From Eledone cirrhosa (lineage: Eukaryota), in NCBI GenBank assembly GCA_964016885.1, contig OZ024741.1:246574001-246638000 (forward strand): a DNA stretch of 64,000 bases, read 5' to 3'. Of the stretch, positions 12,201 to 26,000 are shown one piece after another (position 1 is the first letter of the stretch; each line of letters begins with the position of its first letter). The translations under genes and the position numbers were made by a program. The notes under the pieces are model-generated. The model ran no database searches. It was given only the letters and a program-made list of their open reading frames with translations, and was not told the DNA's origin.

Positions 12201-15150
12201 AATTATCTCCCCCTGATTTTTTTTACAAATTATCTCCCCCTGATTTTTTTTTACAAATTATCTCCCCCTGATTTTTTTTACAAATTATCTCCCCCTGATT
12301 TTTTTACAAATTATCTCCCCTTGGCTGGCTGGAAATTATCTCCCCTTGGAGGCTGGAACTTATCTCCCCTTGGACGGCTAGAAATTACCTCTCCTTGGAC
12401 GGCTGGAAAATATGTCTCCTTGGACGGCTGGATATTATCTCACCTTGGACGGCTAGAAATTATCTCCCCTTGGACGGCAGGAAATTATCTCCCCTTGGAT
12501 GGCTAGATATTACCTCCCCTTGGACGGCTGGAAATTATCTCCCCTTGATTTTTTTTACAAATTATCTGCCCCTGATTTTTTTTTACAAATTATCTCCCCC
12601 TGATTTTTTTTTACAAATTATCTCCCCCTGATTTTTTTTTTAAAATTATCTCCCCTTGGACGGCTGGAAATTATCTCCCCTTGGACGGCTAGAAATTACC
12701 TCTCCTTGGACGGCTGAAAATTATCTCCCCTTGGACGGCTGGAAATTATCTCCCCTTGATTTTTTTACAAATTATTTCCGCCTGATTTTTTTTTACAAAT
12801 TATCTCCCCCTGATTTTTTTTTACAAATTATCTACCCCTGATTTTTTTTTACAAATTATCTCCCCCTGATTTTTTTTTACAAATTATCTACCCCTGATTT
12901 TTTTTACAAATTATCTCCCCCTGATTTTTTTTACAAATTATCTCCCCCTGATTTTTTTTTTTACAAATTATCTCCCCCTGATTTTTTTACAAATTATCTC
13001 CCCCTGATTTTTTTTACAAATTATCTCCGCCGGATTTTTTTAAATATTATCTTCCCTTGGCTGGCGGGAAATTATCTCCCCTTGGACGGCTGAAAATTAT
13101 CTCCCCTTGGACGGCTGGAAATTATCTCCCCTTGATTTTTTTTACAAATTATCTCCCCCTGACTTTTTTTTACAAATTATCTCCCCCTGATTTTTTTTAC
13201 AAATTATCTCCCCCTGATTTTTTTACAAATTATCTCCCCTTGGCTGGCTGGAAATTACCTCCCCTTGTAGGCTGGAATTTATCTCCCCTTGGACGGCTAG
13301 AAATTACCTCTACTTGGACGGCTGGAAAATATGTCTCCTTGGACGGCTGGATATTATCTCCCCTTGGACGGCTGGAAATTATCTCCCCTTGGACGGCTGG
13401 AAATTATCTCCCCTTGATTTTTTTTACAAATTATCTCCCCCTGATTTTTTTACAAATCTCCCAGTGATTTTTAAAAAAAAATTATCTTCCTTTCGCTGGC
13501 TGGAAATTATCTCCCCTTGGACGCTGGAAATTATAGCCCCTTGGAGGGCTGGAAATTATCTTCCCTTGGACGGCTGGAAATTATCTCCCCTTGATTTTTT
13601 TTACAAATTATCTCCCCCTGATTTTTTTTTACAAATTATCTCCCCCTGATTTTTTTTTACAACTTATCTGCGCCTGATTTTTTTAAAAAAATTATCTCCC
13701 CTTGGACGGCTGGAAATTATCTCCCCTTGGACGGCTGGAAATTATCTCTCCTTGGACGGCTAGAATTTACCTCTCCTTGGACGGCTGAAAATTATCTCCC
13801 CTTGGACGGCTGGAAATTATCTCCCCTTGATTTTTTTTACAAATTATCTCCCCCTGATTTTTTTTTACAAATTATCTCCCCCTGATTTTTTTTTACAAAT
13901 TATCTCCCCCTGATTTTTTTTTACAAATTATCTCCCCCTGATTTTTTTTACAAATTATCTCCCCCTGATTTTTTTACAAATTATCTCCCCTTGGCTGGCT
14001 GGAAATTATCTCCCCTTGGAGGCTGGAACTTATCTCCCCTTGGACGGCTAGAAATTACCTCTCCTTGGACGGCTGAAAATTATCTCCCCTTGGACGGCTG
14101 GAAATTATCTCCCCTTGATTTTTTTACAAATTATCTCCCCCTGATTTTTTTTTACAAATTATCTCCCCCTGATTTTTTTTTACAAATTATCTACCCCTGA
14201 TTTTTTTTTACAAATTATCTCCCCCTGATTTTTTTTTACAAATTATCTACCCCTGATTTTTTTTACAAATTATCTCCCCCCGATTTTTTTTACAAATTAT
14301 CTCCCCTTGATTTTTTTTTTTACAAATTATCTCCCCCTGATTTTTTTACAAATTATCTCCCCCTGATTTTTTTTACAAATTATCTCCGCCGGATTTTTTT
14401 AAATATTATCTTCCCTTGGCTGGCGGGAAATTATCTCCCCTTGGACGGCTGAAAATTATCTCCCCTTGGACGGCTGGAAATTATCTCCCCTTGATTTTTT
14501 TTACAAATTATCTCCCCCTGATTTTTTTTTACAAATTATCTCCCCCTGATTTTTTTACAAATTATCTCCCCTTGGCTGGCTGGAAATTACCTCCCCTTGT
14601 AGGCTGGAATTTATCTCCCCTTGGACGGCTAGAAATTACCTCTCCTTGGACGGCTGGAAAATATGTCTCCTTGGACGGCTGGATATTATCTCCCCTTGGA
14701 TGGCTGGAAATTATCTCCCCTTGGACGGCTGGAAATTATCTCCCCTTGATTTTTTTTACAAATTATCTCCCCCTGATTTTTTTTTACAAATTATCTCCCC
14801 CTGATTTTTTTTTACAAATTATCTCCCCCTGATTTTTTATTTACAAATTATCTCCGCCTGATTTTTTTTTAAAAATTACCTCCCCTTGGACGGCTGGAAA
14901 TTATCTCCCCTTGGACGGCTGGAAATTATCTCCCCTTGGACGGCTAGAAATTATCTCTCCTTGGACGGCTGAAAATTATCTCCCCTTGGACGGCTGCAAA
15001 TTATCTCCCCTTGATTTTTTTTACAAATTATCTCCCCCTGATTTTTTTTACAAATTATCTCCCCCTGATTTTTTTTACAAATTATCTACCCCTGATTTTT
15101 TTTACAAATTATCTCCCCCTGATTTTTTTTTACAAATTATCTCCCCCTGA
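7600..15150. repeat. First copy of an older ~11.2-11.8-kb-offset duplication (partner ~19370-26750)
   Basis: Shared rare variants: CCCTCGG ~8758/20532, ATTATTTCCGCC 12771/24334, CTCTACTTGG ~13311/24845, CCCCCGATT ~14277/25706. ORF-track offsets are 11773, 11177, 11536, 11563, 11534, 11430 and 11606. Confidence 0.82.
8955..10960. repeat. ~625-bp higher-order repeat, about 3 copies
   Basis: M1 starts at 8968, 9593 and 10222 (offsets 625 and 629). Confidence 0.88.
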
Positions 15151-16704
15151 TTTTTTTTACAAATTATCTCCGCCTGATTTTTTTAAATATTATCTTCCCT
15201 TGGCTGGCGGGAAATTATCTCCCCTTGGACGGCTGGAAATTATCTGCCCTTGATTTTTTTTACAAATTATCTCCCCCTGATTTTTTTTTTACAAATTATC
15301 TCCCCCTAATTTTTTTTTACAAATTATCTCCCCCTGATTTTTTTTACAAATTATCTCCCCCCTGATTTTTTTACAAATTATCTCCCCTTGGCTGGCTGGA
15401 AATTATCTCCCCTTGGAGGCTGGAACTTATCTCCCCTTGGACGGCTAGATATTACCTCCCCTTGGACGGCTGGAAATTATCTCCCCTTGGACGGCTGGAA
15501 ATTATCTCCCCTTGGATGGCTAGATATTACCTCCCCTTGGACGGCTGGAAATTATCTCCCCTTGATTTTGTTTACAAATTATCTCCCCCTGATTTTTTTT
15601 TACAAATTATCTCCCCCTGATTTTTTTTTACAAATTATCTCCCCCTGATTTTTGTTTACAAATTATCTCCGCCTGATTTTTTTTTTAAAATTATCTCCCC
15701 TTGGACGGCTGGAAATTATCTCCCCTCGGACGGCTAGAAATTACCTCTCCTTGGACGGCTGAAAATTATCTCCCCTTGGACGGCTGGAAATTATCTCCCC
15801 TTGATTTTTTTACAAATTATCTCCCCCTGATTTTTTTTTTACAAATTATCTCCCCCTGATTTTATTTTAGAAATTATCTACCCCTGATTTGTTTTTACAA
15901 ATTATCTCCCCCTGATTTTTTTTTACAAATTATCTACCCCTGATTTTTTTTACAAATTATCTCCCCCTGATTTTTTTTACAAATTATCTCCCCCTGATTT
16001 TTTTTTTACAAATTATCTCCCCCTGATTTTTTTACAAATTATCTCCCCCTGATCTTTTTTACAAATTATCTCCGCCGGATTTTTTTAAATATTATCTTCC
16101 CTTGGCTTGCGGGAAATTATCTCCCCTTGGACGGCTGAAAATTATCTCCCCTTGGACGGCTGGAAATTATCTCCCCTTGATTTTTTTTACAAATTATCTC
16201 CCCCTGATTTTTTTTTACAAATTATCTTCCCCTGATTTTTTTTACAGATTATCTCCCCCTGATTTTTTTTTACAAATTATCTCCCCCTGATTTTTTTTAC
16301 AAATTATCTCCCCCTGATTTTTTTTTACAAATTATCTCCCCCTGATTTTTTTACAAATTATCTCCCCCTGATTTTTTTTACAAATTATCTCCGCCTGATT
16401 TTTTAAAATATTATCTCCCCTTGGACGGCTGGAAATTATCTGCCCTTGATTTTCTTTTTACAAATTAACTTCCACTGATTTTTTTTACAAATTATCTCCA
16501 CCTGATTTTTTTAAAAATTATCTCCCCTTGGAAGGCTGGAAATTATCTCCCCTTGGCTGGAAATTATCTCCCCTTGGACGGCTAGAAATTATCTCTCTTT
16601 GGACGGCTGGAAATTATCACCCCTTGAGTTTTTTACAAATTATCTCCCCCTGATTTTTTTTACAAATCTCCCAGTGATTTTTAAAAAAAAATTATCTTCC
16701 CTTC

Positions 16705-19700
16705 GCTGGCTGGAAATTATCTCCCCTTGGACGCTGGAAATTATAGCCGCTTGATTTTTTTTACAAATTATCTCCCCCTGATTTTTTTTTACAAATTATC
16801 TCCCCCTGATTTTTTTTAAAAAATTATCTCCCCTTGGACGGCTGGAAATTATCTCTCCTTGGACGGCTAGAATTTACCTCTCCTTGGACGGCTGAAAATT
16901 ATCTCCTCTTGGACGGCTGGAAATTATCTCCCCTTGATTTTTTTTACAAATTATCTCCCCCTGATTTTTTTTTACAAATTATCTCCCCCTGATTTTTTTT
17001 TACAAATTATCTCCCCCTGATTTTTTTTACAAATTATCCTCCCCTGATTTTTTTACAAATTATCTCCCCTTGGCTGGCTGGAAATTATCTCCCCTTGGAC
17101 GGCAGGAAATTATCTCCCCTTGGATGGCTAGATATTACCTCCCCTTGGACGGCTGGAAATTATCTCCCCTTGATTTTTTTTACAAATTATCTGCCCCTGA
17201 TTTTTTTTTACAAATTATCTCCCCCTGATTTTTTTTTACAAATTATCTCCCCCTGATTTTTTTTTTAAAATTATCTCCCCTTGGACGGCTGGAAATTATC
17301 TCCCCTTGGACGGCTAGAAATTACCTCTCCTTGGACGGCTGAAAATTATCTCCCCTTGGACGGCTGGAAATTATCTCCCCTTGATTTTTTTACAAATTAT
17401 TTCCCCCTGATTTTTTTTTACAAATTATCTCCCCCTGATTTTTTTTTACAAATTATCTATCCCTGATTTTTTTTTACAAATTATCTCCCCCTGATTTTTT
17501 TTTACAAATTATCTACCCCTGATTTTTTTTTACAAATTATCTCCCCCTGATTTTTTTTACAAATTATCTCCCCCTGATTTTTTTTTTTACAAATTATCTC
17601 CCCCTGATTTTTTTACAAATTATCTCCCCCTGATTTTTTTTACAAATTATCTCCGCCGGATTTTTTTAAATATTATCTTCCCTTGGCTGGCGGGAAATTA
17701 TCTCCCCTTGGACGGCTGAAAATTATCTCCCCTTGGACGGCTGGAAATTATCTCCCCTTGGAAGGATGGAAATTATCTCCCCTTGCACGGCTGGAAATTA
17801 TCTCCCCTTGGCTGGAAATTATCTCCCCTTGGACGGCTAGAAATTATCTCTCTTTGGACGGCTGGAAATTATCTCCCTTTGATTTTTTTTACAAATTATC
17901 TCCCTCTGATTTTTTTTACAAATCTCCCACTGATTTTTTTAAAAAAATTATCTCCCCTTCGCTGGCTGGAAATTATCTTCCCTTGGACGGCTGGAAATTA
18001 TCTCCCCTTGATTTTTTTTACAAATTATCTCCGCCTGATTTTTTTTTAAAATTATCTCTCCTTGGACGGCTGGAAATTATCTCCCCTTGATTTTTTTTAC
18101 AAATAATCTCCCCCTGATTTTTTTTTACAAATTATCTCCCCCTGATTTTTTTTTACAAATTATCTACCCCTGATTTTTTTTTACAAATTATCTCCCCCTG
18201 ATTTTTTTTACAAATTATCTCCCCCTGATTTTTCTTTTACAAATTATCTCCCCCTGATTTTTTTACAAATTATCTCCCCCTGATTTTTTTTACAAATTGT
18301 CTCTGCCTGATTTTTTTAAATATTATCTTCCCGTGGCTGGCTGGAAATTATCTCCCCTTGGACGCTGGAAATTATAGCCCCTTGATTTTTTTTACAAATT
18401 ATCTCCCCCTGATTTTTTTTTACAAATTATCTCCCCCTGATTTTTTTTTACAACTTATCTGCGCCTGATTTTTTTTAAAAAATTATCTCCCCTTGGACGG
18501 CTGGAAATTATCTCCCCTTGGACGGCTGGAAATTATCTCTCCTTGGACGGCTAGAATTTACCTCTCCTTGGACGGCTGAAAATTATCTCCCCTTGGACGG
18601 CTGGAAATTATCTCCCCTTGATTTTTTTTACAAATTATCTCCCCCTGATTTTTATTTACAAATTATCTCCCCCTGATTTTTTTTTACAAATTATCTCCCC
18701 CTGATTTTTTTTACAAATTATCTCCCCCTGATTTTTTTACAAATTATCTCCCCTTGGCTGGCTGGAAATTATCTCCCCTTGGACGGCAGGAAATTATCTC
18801 CCCTTGGATGGCTAGATATTACCTCCCCTTGGACGGCTGGAAATTATCTCCCCTTGATTTTTTTTACAAATTATCTGCCCCTGATTTTTTTTTACAAATT
18901 ATCTCCCCCTGATTTTTTTTTACAAATTATCTCCCCCTGATTTTTTTTTTAAAATTATCTCCCCTTGGACGGCTGGAAATTATCTCCCCTTGGACGGCTA
19001 GAAATTACCTCTCCTTGGACGGCTGAAAATTATCTCCCCTTGGACGGCTGGAAATTATCTCCCCTTGATTTTTTTACAAATTATTTCCCCCTGATTTTTT
19101 TTTACAAATTATCTCCCCCTGATTTTTTTTTACAAATTATCTACCCCTGATTTTTTTTTACAAATTATCTCCCCCTGATTTTTTTTTACAAATTATCTAC
19201 CCCTGATTTTTTTTACAAATTATCTCCCCCTGATTTTTTTTACAAATTATCTCCCCCTGATTTTTTTTTTTACAAATTATCTCCCCCTGATTTTTTTACA
19301 AATTATCTCCCCCTGATTTTTTTTACAAATTATCTCCGCCGGATTTTTTTAAATATTATCTTCCCTTGGCTGGCGGGAAATTATCTCCCCTTGGACGGCT
19401 GAAAATTATCTCCCCTTGGACGGCTGGAAATTATCTCCCCTTGGAAGGATGGAAATTATCTCCCCTTGCACGGCTGGAAATTATCTCCCCTTGGCTGGAA
19501 ATTATCTCCCCTTGGACGGCTAGAAATTATCTCTCTTTGGACGGCTGGAAATTATCTCCCTTTGATTTTTTTTACAAATTATCTCCCTCTGATTTTTTTT
19601 ACAAATCTCCCCCTGATTTTTTTAAAAAAATTATCTCCCCTTCGCTGGCTGGAAATTATCTTCCCTTGGACGGCTGGAAATTATCTCCCCTTGATTTTTT

Positions 19701-20024
19701 TTACAAATTATCTCCGCCTGATTTTTTTTAAAAATTATCTCTCCTTGGACGGCTGGAAATTATCTCCCCTTGATTTTTTTTACAAATAATCTCCCCCTGA
19801 TTTTTTTTTACAAATTATCTCCCCCTGATTTTTTTTTACAAATTATCTACCCCTGATTTTTTTTTACAAATTATCTCCCCCTGATTTTTTTTACAAATTA
19901 TCTCCCCCTGATTTTTCTTTTACAAATTATCTCCCCCTGATTTTTTTACAAATTATCTCCCCCTGATTTTTTTTACAAATTGTCTCTGCCTGATTTTTTT
20001 AAATATTATCTTCCCGTGGCTGGC
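16705..20024. repeat. ~1.68-kb tandem duplication (2 copies)
   Basis: Pseudo-ORFs at 17281/18965 (offset 1684), 17683/19366 and 17783/19466 (1683). Markers TATTTCCCCC, TTGTCTCTGCC and CTTCCCGTGG occur in both copies, and similarity ends at ~18341/20024. Confidence 0.88.
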
Positions 20025-23000
20025 GGGAAATTACCTCCCCTTGGACGGCTGGAAATTATCTGTCCTTGATTTTCTTTTTACAAATTATCTTCCACTGATT
20101 TTTTTTACAAATTATCTCCACCTGATTTTTTAAAAAATTATCTCCCCTTGGAAGGCTGGAAATTATCTCCCCTTGGCTGGAAATTATCTCCCCTTGGACG
20201 GCTAGAAATTATCTCTCTTTGGACGGCTGGAAATTATCACCCCTTGAGTTTTTTACAAATTATCTCCCCCTGATTTTTTTTACAAATCTCCCAGTGATTT
20301 TTAAAAAAAAATTATCTCCCCTTCGCTGGCTGGAAATTATCTCCCCTTGGACGCTGGAAATTATAGCCCCTTGGAGGGCTGGAAATTATCTTCCCTTGGA
20401 CGGCTGGAAATTATCTCCCCTTGATTTTTTTTACAAATTATCTCCCCCTGATTTTTTTTTACAAATTATCTCCCCCTGATTTTTTTTTACAACTTATCTG
20501 CGCCTGATTTTTTTAAAAAAATTATCTCCCCTCGGACGGCTGGAAATTATCTCTCCTTGGACGGCTAGAATTTACCTCTCCTTGGACGGCTGAAAATTAT
20601 CTCCCCTTGGACGGCTGGAAATTATCTCCCCTTGATTTTTTTTACAAATTATCTCCCCCTGATTTTTTTTTACAAATTATCTCCCCCTGATTTTTTTTTT
20701 ACAAATTATCTCCCCCTGATTTTTTTTTACAAATTATATCCCCCTGATTTTTTTACAAATTATCTCCCCTTGGCTGGCTGGAAATTATCTCCCCTTGGAG
20801 GCTGGAACTTATCTCCCCTTGGACGGCTAGAAATTACCTCTCCTTGGACGGCTGGAAAATATGTCTCCTTGGACGGCTGGATATTATCTCCCCTTGGACG
20901 GCTGGAAATTATCTCCCCTTGGACGGCTGGAAATTATCTCCCCTTGGATGGCTAGATATTACCTCCCCTTGGACGGCTGGAAATTATCTCCCCTTGATTT
21001 TTTTTACAAATTATCTCCCCCTGATTTTTTTTTACAAATTATCTCCCCCTGATTTTTTTTTACAAATTATCTCCCCCTGATTTTTGTTTACAAATTATCT
21101 CCGCCTGATTTTTTTTTTTAAATTATCTCCCCTTGGACGGCTGGAAATTATCTCCCCTTGGACGGCTAGAAATTACCTCTCCTTGGACGGCTGAAAATTA
21201 TCTCCCCTTGGACGGCTGGAAATTATCTCCCCTTGATTTTTTTACAAATTATCTCCCCCTGATTTTTTTTTTACAAATTATCTCCCCCTGATTTTTTTTT
21301 TACAAATTATCTCCCCCTAATTTTTTTTTACAAATTATCTCCCCCTGATTTTTTTTACAAATTATCTCCCCCCTGACTTTTTTACAAATTATCTCCCCTT
21401 GGCTGGCTGGAAATTATCTCCCCTTGGAGGCTGGAACTTATCTCCCCTTGGACGGCTAGAAATTACCTCTCCTTGGACGGCTGGAAAATATGTCTCCTTG
21501 GACGGCTGGATATTATCTCCCCTTGGACGGCTGGAAATTATCTCCCCTTGGACGGCTGGAAATTATCTCCCCTTGGATGGCTAGATATTACCTCCCCTTG
21601 GACGGCTGGAAATTATCTCCCCTTGATTTTTTTTACAAATTATCTCCCCCTAATTTTTTTTTACAAATTATCTCCCCCTGATTTTTTTAAAAAAATTATC
21701 TCCCCCTGATTTTTGTTTACAAATTATCTCCGCCTGATTTTTTTTAAAAAATTATCTCCCCTTGGACGGCTGGAAATTATCTCCCCTTGGACGGCTAGAA
21801 ATTATATCTCCTTGGACGGCTAGAATTTACCTCTCCTTGGACGGCTGAAAATTATCTCCCCTTGGACGGCTGGAAATTATCTCCCCTTGATTTTTTTACA
21901 AATTATCTCCCCCTGATTTTTTTTTACAAATTATCTCCCTCTGATTTTTTTTTACAAATTATCTCCCCCTGATTTTTTTTTACAAATTATCTCCCCCTGA
22001 TTTTTTTACAAATTATCTCACCTTGGCTGGCTGGAAATTATCTCCCCTTGGAGGCTGGAACTTATCTCCCCTTGGACGGCTAGAAATTACCTCTCCTTGG
22101 ACGGCTGGAAAATATGTCTCCTTGGACGGCTGGATATTATCTCCCCTTGGACGGCTGGAAATTATCTCCCCTTGGACGGCTGGAAATTATCTCCCCTTGG
22201 ATGGCTAGATATTACCTCCCCTTGGACGGCTGGAAATTATCTCCCCTTGATTTTGTTTACAAATTATCTCCCCCTGATTTTTTTTTACAAATTATCTCCC
22301 CCTGATTTTTTTTTACAAATTATCTCCCCCTGATTTTTGTTTACAAATTATCTCCGCCTGATTTTTTTTTTAAAATTATCTCCCCTTGGACGGCTGGAAA
22401 TTATCTCCCCTCGGACGGCTAGAAATTACCTCTCCTTGGACGGCTGAAAATGATCTCCCCTTGGACGGCTGGAAATTATCTCCCCTTGATTTTTTTACAA
22501 ATTATCTCCCCCTGATTTTTTTTTACAAATAATCTCCCCCTGATTTTTTTTTAGAAATTATCTACCCCTGATTTTTTTTTACAAATTATCTCCCCCTGAT
22601 TTTTTTTTACAAATTATCTACCCCTGATTTTTTTTACAAATTATCTCCCCCTGATTTTTTTTACAAATTATCTCCCCCTGATTTTTTTTTTACAAATTAT
22701 CTCCCCCTGATTTTTTTACAAATTATCTCCCCCTGATTTTTTTTACAAATTATCTCCGCCGGATTTTTTTAAATATTATCTTCCCTTGGCTTGCGGGAAA
22801 TTATCTCCCCTTGGACGGCTGAAAATTATCTCCCCTTGGACGGCTGGAAATTATCTCCCCTTGATTTTTTTTACAAATTATCTCCCCCTGATTTTTTTTT
22901 ACAAATTATCTCCCCCTGATTTTTTTTACAAATTATCTCCCCCTGATTTTTTTTTACAAATTATCTCCCCCTGATTTTTTTTACAAATTATCTCCCCCTG

Positions 23001-26000
23001 ATTTTTTTTACAAATTATCTCCCCCTGATTTTTTTTTACAAATTATCTCCCCCTGATTTTTTTACAAATTATCTCCCCCTGATTTTTTTTACAAATTATC
23101 TCCGCCTGATTTTTTTAAATATTATCTCCCCTTGGACGGCTGGAAATTATCTGCCCTTGATTTTCTTTTTACAAATTAACTTCCACTGATTTTTTTTACA
23201 AATTATCTCCACCTGATTTTTTTAAAAATTATCTCCCCTTGGAAGTCTGGAAATTATCTCCCCTTGGCTGGAAATTATCTCCCCTTGGACGGCTAGAAAT
23301 TATCTCTCTTTGGACGGCTGGAAATTATCACCCCTTGAGTTTTTTACAAATTATCTCCCCCTGATTTTTTTTACAAATCTCCCAGTGATTTTAAAAAAAA
23401 AATTATCTTCCCTTCGCTGGCTGGAAACTATCTCCCCTTGGACGCTGGAAATTATAGCCCCTTGGAGGGCTGGAAATTATCTTCCCTTGGACGGCTGGAA
23501 ATTATCTCCCCTTGATTTTTTTTACAAATTATCTCCCCCTGATTTTTTTTTACAAATTATCTCCCCCTGATTTTTTTTTACAACTTATCTGCGCCTGATT
23601 TTTTTAAAAAAATTATCTCCCCTTGGACGGCTGGAAATTATCTCCCCTTGGACGGCTGGAAATTATCTCTCCTTGGACGGCTAGAATTTACCTCTCCTTG
23701 GACGGCTGAAAATTATCTCCCCTTGGACGGCTGGAAATTATCTCCCCTTGATTTTTTTTACAAATTATCTCCCCCTGATTTTTTTTTACAAATTATCTCC
23801 CCCTGATTTTTTTTTACAAATTATCTCCCCCTGATTTTTTTTACAAATTATCTCCCCCTGATTTTTTTACAAATTATCTCCCCTTGGCTGGCTGGAAATT
23901 ATCTCCCCTTGGAGGCTGGAACTTATCTCCCCTTGGACGGCTAGAAATTACCTCTCCTTGGACGGCTGGAAAATATGTCTCCTTGGACGGCTGGATATTA
24001 TCTCACCTTGGACGGCTAGAAATTATCTCCCCTTGGACGGCAGGAAATTATCTCCCCTTGGATGGCTAGATATTACCTCCCCTTGGACGGCTGGAAATTA
24101 TCTCCCCTTGATTTTTTTTACAAATTATCTGCCCCTGATTTTTTTTTACAAATTATCTCCCCCTGATTTTTTTTTGCAAATTATCTCCCCCTGATTTTTT
24201 TTTTAAAATTATCTCCCCTTGGACGGCTGGAAATTATCTCCCCTTGGACGGCTAGAAATTACCTCTCCTTGGACGGCTGAAAATTATCTCCCCTTGGACG
24301 GCTGGAAATTATCTCCCCTTGATTTTTTTACAAATTATTTCCGCCTGATTTTTTTTACAAATTATCTCCCCCTGATTTTTTTTTACAAATTATCTACCCC
24401 TGATTTTTTTTTACAAATTATCTACCCCTGATTTTTTTTAAAAATTATCTCCCCCTGATTTTTTTTACAAATTATCTCCCCCTGATTTTTTTTTTTACAA
24501 ATTATCTCCCCCTGATTTTTTTACAAATTATCTCCCCCTGATTTTTTTTACAAATTATCTCCGCCGGATTTTTTTAAATATTATCTTCCCTTGGCTGGCG
24601 GGAAATTATCTCCCCTTGGACGGCTGAAAATTATCTCCCCTTGGACGGCTGGAAATTATCTCCCCTTGATTTTTTTTACAAATTATCTCCCCCTGACTTT
24701 TTTTTACAAATTATCTCCCCCTGATTTTTTTTACAAATTATCTCCCCCTGATTTTTTTACAAATTATCTCCACTTGGCTGGCTGGAAATTACCTCCCCTT
24801 GTAGGCTGGAATTTATCTCCCCTTGGACGGCTAGAAATTACCTCTACTTGGACGGCTGGAAAATATGTCTCCTTGGACGGCTGGATATTATCTCCCCTTG
24901 GACGGCTGGAAATTATCTCCCCTTGGACGGCTGGAAATTATCTCCCCTTGGACGCTGGAAATTATAGCCCCTTGGAGGGCTGGAAATCATCTTCCCTTGG
25001 ACGGCTGGAAATTATCTCCCCTTGATTTTTTTTACAAATTATCTCCCCCTGATTTTTTTTTACAAATTATCTCCCCCTGATTTTTTTTTACAACTTATCT
25101 GCGCCTGATTTTTTTAAAAAAATTATCTCCCCTTGGACGGCTGGAAATTATCTCCCCTTGGACGGCTGGAAATTATCTCTCCTTGGACGGCTAGAATTTA
25201 CCTCTCCTTGGACGGCTGAAAATTATCTCCCCTTGGACGGCTGGAAATTATCTCCCCTTGATTTTTTTTACAAATTATCTCCCCCTGATTTTTTTTTACA
25301 AATTATCTCCCCCTGATTTTTTTTACAAATTATCTCCCCCTGATTTTTTTTTACAAATTATCTCCCCCTGATTTTTTTTACAAATTATCTCCCCCTGATT
25401 TTTTTACAAATTATCTCCCCTTGGCTGGCTGGAAATTATCTCCCCTTGGAGGCTGGAACTTATCTCCCCTTGGACGGCTAGAAATTACCTCTCCTTGGAC
25501 GGCTGAAAATTATCTCCCCTTGGACGGCTGGAAATTATCTCCCCTTGATTTTTTTACAAATTATCTCCCCCTGATTTTTTTTTACAAATTATCTCCCCCT
25601 GATTTTTTTTTACAAATTATCTACCCCTGATTTTTTTTTACAAATTATCTCCCCCTGATTTTTTTTTACAAATTATCTACCCCTGATTTTTTTTACAAAT
25701 TATCTCCCCCCGATTTTTTTTAGAAATTATCTCCCCGATTTTTTTTTTTACAAATTATCTCCCCCTGATTTTTTTACAAATTATCTCCCCCTGATTTTTT
25801 TTACAAATTATCTCCGCCGGATTTTTTTAAATATTATCTTCCCTTGGCTGGCGGGAAATTATCTCCCCTTGGACGGCTGAAAATTATCTCCCCTTGGACG
25901 GCTGGAAATTATCTCCCCTTGATTTTTTTTACAAATTATCTCCCCCTGATTTTTTTTTACAAATTATCTCCCCCTGATTTTTTTACAAATTATCTCCCCT

